A stretch of 64,000 bases of DNA from Candidatus Altimarinota bacterium. GTDB taxonomy: Bacteria > Patescibacteriota > Gracilibacteria > JBDHUY01. Positions 58,934 through 64,000 of this stretch are shown piece after piece (positions within the stretch are counted from its first letter, which is position 1; every line of letters starts with the position of its first letter). The stretch is from contig JBDHUY010000002.1 of assembly GCA_039809385.1 (NCBI GenBank), positions 64,001 through 128,000 of the forward strand. Reading direction: 5' to 3'. The translations under genes and the position numbers were made by a program. The notes under the pieces were generated by a model. That model made no database searches. It saw only the letters and a list, made by a program, of their open reading frames with translations, and was not told the origin of the DNA.

Positions 58934-59734
58934 TTACGACAGATTCCATATTTTTTCCGCGGGCAATTTTATATTCTCCGGGCTGATGAGGTCCAGATGT
59001 AAATGGATACCGCTCGGGCCATGAACATGTCCCGTATTGCCCATAACTCCTATAGGATCGCCCCGATTGACACTATCTCCAACATTGAGCTTTGCCAAAA
59101 TACTATCTTCGGCCAAGTGTTTATATATAGTCTTATAGCCATTACCATGGTCAATCTCTACCAAATTGACCGGTCCGCCTTTGACTCCGCCTTTTTTCAA
59201 ACGCGTAACCCTACCCGAATGCATGGCAACAATAACAGGAGTTTTATCAGATTTGGTAGAGACAATATCGCAGCCGGCATGTACGTCGGGCCCGGTTTTT
59301 CGATCGCGATGGTCATGATAGGTGCTTGTTACACCAGCCGAAGAAGGAGATTGTCCTTGTACTGGCCATATGAAATTGTGACGTAAAAAATCTTTGATTT
59401 CCGGCGATATCTTGCCATCGCCTACGGCATACCGTTTTACTTCGGTGACGATCGCATCGGGACTGTTTAAAGGTACAGAAGAAGTATCCGGTGGTGATTT
59501 CTTTTCGTCGCCAAATCCAAAAATAGACGCGATTCTGTTAAGAAAAAGAAGGAGCGGATTCTTCGCATTTTCGGGATTGGAACTTCCCTGTTTCAGATTC
59601 TCCACATGTTCTTGTCCGATCAGTGGAGTCAAGATCATAAAGAGCAGTCCGGTAAGAGCATTGTGGGTTGAATTTGTCACCTCTTTGCGTTTTTCCGAAG
59701 TTGTTTCAGGCGTCGGATTATCTTTTTCGGGCAT
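58934..59734 (-). CDS. M23 family metallopeptidase
   Basis: WPV, HAGCD, VEIDHGNGYKTIYKHL, IGVMGNTG, HLH. Start at MPEKDN. Confidence 0.92.
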   Translation of the reverse strand: MPEKDNPTPETTSEKRKEVTNSTHNALTGLLFMILTPLIGQEHVENLKQGSSNPENAKNPLLLFLNRIASIFGFGDEKKSPPDTSSVPLNSPDAIVTEVKRYAVGDGKISPEIKDFLRHNFIWPVQGQSPSSAGVTSTYHDHRDRKTGPDVHAGCDIVSTKSDKTPVIVAMHSGRVTRLKKGGVKGGPVNLVEIDHGNGYKTIYKHLAEDSILAKLNVGDSVNRGDPIGVMGNTGHVHGPSGIHLHLDLISPENIKLPAEKIWNLS

Positions 59735-60046
59735 GGAAAAAAGTAAGTATCGTTTTAGTATAACGGAAAATACTTCTTTTTTGAAGAAGATCGAGGAAAA
59801 ATGGAACATTTCTTACTAACTAAAATACAAGAAACGCTCAGTCGAAATACGGATTCGACAGCCAAAAATACAATCGTGGTGTCATTGAACCCAGTGAACA
59901 TGCCATGAATATCACCGGATCCTAGTCAGGCCTGGATGACGGATTATGGTAGTATTTTCCAGCCTCATGAAGTGTAACCATCGTTATCAAATGGTGAAGT
60001 TCTAGTTAAGACCTGCATGATGGTCTCCCTCCCAACTTTTAACTTC

Positions 60047-63000
60047 TCACGGCGCCACTAACTGGACATTTAGCTTCTTCAGATATTCTTCGATCCCGGG
60101 AGGGGTATCGGAAACGACACGGGCATCGTAATTTACCTGAACGCTGGAGATATTTTTATCGACTGAAGGATCGCCGACATAGGTACGTACTTCCAATAAT
60201 TTATTTTCACCGATCAGCGAACCGTTAATCGTGAGTTGTTTGGCAACTTTGTCGCCGGTAAATGCGTGTCCCTCTCCATCAATGATAAATATACCGTTCA
60301 TCTGGGATACTTTTTCGCCGATATAGAAATCGCCTTTAGCAATAATCCCGAACGAGGCCAAGCGTCCCTGACTATTGCGTGTTGAGGCATACCGGATATC
60401 GCTCAGGATTCTGACATTCCCGTTCACGATAATCGTAGATCGTTCACTCAATCGTTCGTTTTCGCCAAGATCGATTGTCAGGTCTCCGTTCACCGTATAA
60501 ATCCGGGCATTATCAGGACGTTTTCCTAGCATTTCAAAGTCGGACTCGCTCGTAACCGTATTGGTAAAAGATGTTCCGGTGTTGCGGGTAATATTGGTAA
60601 CCGTATCGCTGACATTCGATGCCAGTTTGGTAGTATCGAATCCCAGATATTGGCCTACGGAGCTTAGGTAGGTCGAAACACGATCGATTGCTTGTCCGGG
60701 AGAAATGATCAGACCGGCTATATTGCGGGCGCTGGTGAGATCCGTACCACCGCTCAGGGCATTGCTCGCCGAGGAGAACATCAGGGCCAGATTTTGAACG
60801 TTGACCGATTCGATACCATCGGGACCTCCGACAAAGAGATTTCCCAGATTTCCGGTGGTCAGAACCGGCTTTGAAACCGTTACATTCGCATAATCGTTAT
60901 TCGTTTGTGTCCGGACTTCATTGGTAATATTGATAAAATCGGTATTGGCTCCCAAGGCGTGACCTTCGAACGTAGTGCGGGCAACGCCTTCATAGGTGAA
61001 AACGATTTGTTCTCCCGGATCCAGATTGGCAACGGTGAAAGAAGGAGTAGTCTGTACAGACGAATCAGTAGGATTGGCAACATTGAAACCCGGATGGTAG
61101 GCAAAACAACCGCTGGTTAAAGAACCGTTGACCAGCGCGGAGCCATTGTTTTCACTGATACAGATCTGATCGGGATATTCGATATATCCTTCAGTGCTGA
61201 ACGCATCTTCGACTCCTTGAACCGGATCGTTATTCCGGAATTTTTTCTTCTGGTAAATATAATCCCGTATTTCAATCGGGATCACTTGTTTCCCAGGGAT
61301 GCTGGTACCGGAAAGATTGGATTTATTTGAAATAACCAGACGGTATTGTACACGCTGATTGTCGCCGGCAATAGCCCGGTCGACGGTTTTTTCGACACAA
61401 CCGCAAGCTTGACATATTTTATTCTGTAAACAATCGTTCAACACATTACAGGACCCTTCCATATTGCCATCGGGGCTACAGGAATCGGCGATACGGTCGC
61501 CGTTGCTATCGTTACAGCGGTTCTGAAACACCGATCGCAAACGACAATCTGCGCTGCAACCGTTTCCATCGTCTCGTGTATTGCCGTCGTCGCATTCTTC
61601 CATCTGTCCCTGACTGTTGGGACGTTGCAATCTGCCATCGCCGCAGCGGGTCACCGGACCGCACTGGGAATCGAACTGCGCATTGTCCTGACAGGAGCCG
61701 AAGCTGGAAAAACAACGCCTACCGGTCTGGCGTTCACACTCGGACTGGGAGGTATACTGGTTGCTGCTACACTGCTGGTTTTGGGTACAGTAGTAATAGG
61801 TTTGGGTAAACGGCCGACAATCACTATTAAACGTACACTCGTTCGAACCGGAACCGCTTACCGTCACGCATTGTTCATTGCGACATTCGCGATGCGACTG
61901 TTGGAACTGGCAGTCGGAATTGAATGTACACGAATTCGATCCCGGTCCGCTAATCGTCACACATTGCTCATTGCGACATTCGCGGTGCGATTGCTGAATC
62001 TGGCAATCGCTATTAAACGTACATAGATTAGAACCGGCGCCACTGACCGTGACACACTGTTCATTACGACATTCGCGATGTGATTGTTGTATCTGACAAT
62101 CATTATTGGAAAGACACAGGTTGGCTCCCGCCCCGCTGACCGAAACGCATTGCTGGTTCCGGCATTCCAGATGAGATTGCGTAACCTGGCAGTCGCTGTT
62201 AAACGTACATTGATTACTTCCGGGGCCGTTGACGGTGACACATTGCTGATTTTGACATTCGCGATGGGTCTGGATTTGACAGTCATTATTGGAAGCGCAT
62301 TGATTGGTGCCGGGACCGTTGACGGTAACGCATTGCTGGTTCTGACACTCTCGATGCGTCTGCGGCGCGCAATCGCTGCTGGAAGCACATTGGTTGGTTC
62401 CGGGGCCGTTTACTATGACGCATTGTTGGTTGACGCATTCTTTATGCGTTTGTATCTGACAGTCGCTACTGGTGGCACATTGATTTGTACCCGGACCGTT
62501 TACCAGGACACACTGCTGATTCACACATTCTTTGTGGGTTTGAGGAGTACAATCTCCATCGAATAAACATAAGTTTGATCCTGCGCCATTGACGACCACA
62601 CATTGATAGTTGATACATTCTTTATGGGTCTGAGGAACACAGTCGCCGTCAAAAGCACATTGATTGGAGCCGGGACCGTTACGGACAACGCACTGATAGT
62701 TAACGCATTCTTTATGGGTTTGAGTCTGACAATCCTGGGTAAAAGTGGAGCACGATGGACCGGTGCCATTGGTAGCACACTGGTCAAACGTTCCATCATA
62801 GTTACTGTCCAAGCACTTTTTCTGAGGGGCCGGACAATCTTGAACCGAGGAACAACTGGGTCCGGTTCCGTTGACGCTACATTGATCGAAGGTTCCATCG
62901 TAATTGCTGTCCAAACACTTCTTCTGCTGGATCGGACAATCGTTGACGCTATTACACGAAGGTCCCGTACCATTGGTCGAACACTGATCAAAAGTTCCGT

Positions 63001-64000
63001 CATAATTGCTGTCAAGACACTTTTTCTGCGGAGTCGGGCAATCCTGGACCGAAGAACAACTGGGCCCGGTTCCGTTCACGCTACACTGATCGAAGGTTCC
63101 ATCGTAATTGCTGTCCAAACACTTCTTCTGCTGGATCGGACAGTCATTGACGCTATTACAGGAAGGTCCAGTTCCGTTGGTCGAGCAGGCATCGAATACC
63201 CCGTCATAGTTGCTATCAAAGCATTTCTTTTGAGGTGGCTGCGGACATTGAGAAAGATTATCGCAGGTTTGAGGCAGATTTCCGTTTACCTGACAAGCAT
63301 CAGCGTAGCCGTCACCATTATTATCATGACAGCGCTTCGGAGGTGGGAGGCATTCATTCACATTGTTACATAGTGGTCCGGTTCCACCTGTTGCACACTG
63401 ATCAAAGGCACCATCATAGTTGCTATCAAGGCACCTCTTCTGGGGTGGCTGGGGACATTGGGAAACGTTCTCACATGTTTGAGGAAGGTTTCCATTTACC
63501 TGACAGGCATCAGCGTAACCGTCACCGTTATTGTCGTGACACCGTTTCGGCGGCGCCGGACATTCGGACGGAGCATTCTGGAGACAGGTGGATTGATTAT
63601 TATAACAACTCTTGCCGGGATTAGCCGATTCACAGGCAGCTTTATCCGGATAAGATTGGGCAGTGAGAGGACAAGAATTACTAGTTTGACAGATGTAGAA
63701 TTGTTTCGGCTGGGGAGAAGTTACTGTATCCGTATAGTCGTTCGAAAGAGAAGCATTAAATCCGCAGTTTGAGGTATAGGTTCGTGAACAGGAAAACGAA
63801 GTAGATCCTGATACTCCGGCCGCAGCCGAAAAATCAGCCCTTACATCGAAACTCCCACTAGTTAATGTTCCCGTAAATGTCTGCGAGGTGCAACCGTTGC
63901 CGGAACACGCAATGCCCGAAGATTTAGAAGTAGTGACAGTAATCGAGTAATTTATTGGACAAGTACATGCAGCAGGGTAAATTACGCCACAACCGTGGGA
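60047..64000 (-). CDS. large Cys-rich repeat surface protein (5' end outside window)
   Basis: Manual check shows the frame stays open from 63361 to 64000 with no stop. It has ~33-aa KCLDSNYDGTFDQC repeats, ~30-aa H(K/R)EC.NQQCV.V.G.G.N.C...DC repeats, a CGDG..EECDDGN myxococcal-type Cys repeat and a DUF11-like KTVD segment. Confidence 0.85.
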   Translation of the reverse strand, partial: SHGCGVIYPAACTCPINYSITVTTSKSSGIACSGNGCTSQTFTGTLTSGSFDVRADFSAAAGVSGSTSFSCSRTYTSNCGFNASLSNDYTDTVTSPQPKQFYICQTSNSCPLTAQSYPDKAACESANPGKSCYNNQSTCLQNAPSECPAPPKRCHDNNGDGYADACQVNGNLPQTCENVSQCPQPPQKRCLDSNYDGAFDQCATGGTGPLCNNVNECLPPPKRCHDNNGDGYADACQVNGNLPQTCDNLSQCPQPPQKKCFDSNYDGVFDACSTNGTGPSCNSVNDCPIQQKKCLDSNYDGTFDQCSVNGTGPSCSSVQDCPTPQKKCLDSNYDGTFDQCSTNGTGPSCNSVNDCPIQQKKCLDSNYDGTFDQCSVNGTGPSCSSVQDCPAPQKKCLDSNYDGTFDQCATNGTGPSCSTFTQDCQTQTHKECVNYQCVVRNGPGSNQCAFDGDCVPQTHKECINYQCVVVNGAGSNLCLFDGDCTPQTHKECVNQQCVLVNGPGTNQCATSSDCQIQTHKECVNQQCVIVNGPGTNQCASSSDCAPQTHRECQNQQCVTVNGPGTNQCASNNDCQIQTHRECQNQQCVTVNGPGSNQCTFNSDCQVTQSHLECRNQQCVSVSGAGANLCLSNNDCQIQQSHRECRNEQCVTVSGAGSNLCTFNSDCQIQQSHRECRNEQCVTISGPGSNSCTFNSDCQFQQSHRECRNEQCVTVSGSGSNECTFNSDCRPFTQTYYYCTQNQQCSSNQYTSQSECERQTGRRCFSSFGSCQDNAQFDSQCGPVTRCGDGRLQRPNSQGQMEECDDGNTRDDGNGCSADCRLRSVFQNRCNDSNGDRIADSCSPDGNMEGSCNVLNDCLQNKICQACGCVEKTVDRAIAGDNQRVQYRLVISNKSNLSGTSIPGKQVIPIEIRDYIYQKKKFRNNDPVQGVEDAFSTEGYIEYPDQICISENNGSALVNGSLTSGCFAYHPGFNVANPTDSSVQTTPSFTVANLDPGEQIVFTYEGVARTTFEGHALGANTDFINITNEVRTQTNNDYANVTVSKPVLTTGNLGNLFVGGPDGIESVNVQNLALMFSSASNALSGGTDLTSARNIAGLIISPGQAIDRVSTYLSSVGQYLGFDTTKLASNVSDTVTNITRNTGTSFTNTVTSESDFEMLGKRPDNARIYTVNGDLTIDLGENERLSERSTIIVNGNVRILSDIRYASTRNSQGRLASFGIIAKGDFYIGEKVSQMNGIFIIDGEGHAFTGDKVAKQLTINGSLIGENKLLEVRTYVGDPSVDKNISSVQVNYDARVVSDTPPGIEEYLKKLNVQLVAP

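Noticed and set aside
48853-59734. Prophage tail/lysis module
   Set aside because: No terminase, capsid, baseplate, holin or integrase is present, and the genes are separated by host-type intergenic repeats. Not fully excluded for the 1191-aa protein.
63340-63380. Frameshift or true start at 63361
   Set aside because: The same frame continues without a stop to 64000. The track simply used the first GTG.
61850-63560. CRISPR-like periodic repeats
   Set aside because: The repeats are codon-phased units of a Cys-rich CDS, with no unique spacers and no cas genes.
1-64000. UGA-to-Gly recoding (code 25, as in Gracilibacteria/Absconditabacteria)
   Set aside because: Very long Gly-rich ORFs (2844 aa, 1191 aa) contain no in-frame TGA, and several genes end plausibly at TGA.

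Overview
Bacterial chromosomal DNA in standard code 11, most likely from a CPR/Patescibacteria organism of the Peregrinibacteria/Gracilibacteria-related type. This taxonomy is an inference from the CPR-style rpsL/rpsG pair without fusA, mostly SD-less start contexts, type IV pili, and giant or Cys-rich surface proteins. From left to right the window holds: a truncated ClpC N-terminus; an orphan gene with a consensus promoter; an AT-rich amino-acid-chemistry cluster (HUP-fold-like protein, DapF-like epimerase, degenerate GHMP-kinase/winged-helix protein, C26 amidotransferase) opposite an ACT-domain protein; rpsL-rpsG; an O-antigen ligase-family protein, proline iminopeptidase and pirin; a 2844-aa secreted metalloprotease/beta-propeller protein; a type IV pilus locus in which PilC is fused to TPR-like repeats and an intact PP2C/SpoIIE phosphatase; DUF2188 plus a rearranged zeta-like kinase; a Xer recombinase, ComEC-MBL, an FN3/LPxTG-like protein, trmH and metK; an HTH-like repeat protein; a CHASE2 cyclase with a FecR protein; msrB; an 11-kb co-oriented island of signal-peptide-less cell-wall hydrolases and putative effectors (M23, NlpC/P60-like, SLT, zincin, PT-TG protein, two small paralogues); and a truncated Cys-rich repeat protein. 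No tRNA, rRNA, CRISPR array, transposase or reverse transcriptase was seen. The best candidates for undescribed biology are the lytic/effector island with its shared N-terminal leader, the phosphatase-PilC fusion, the DapF-like cluster, and five-unit heptamer arrays just upstream of start codons. All family calls come from motif recognition by eye, with no database searches.
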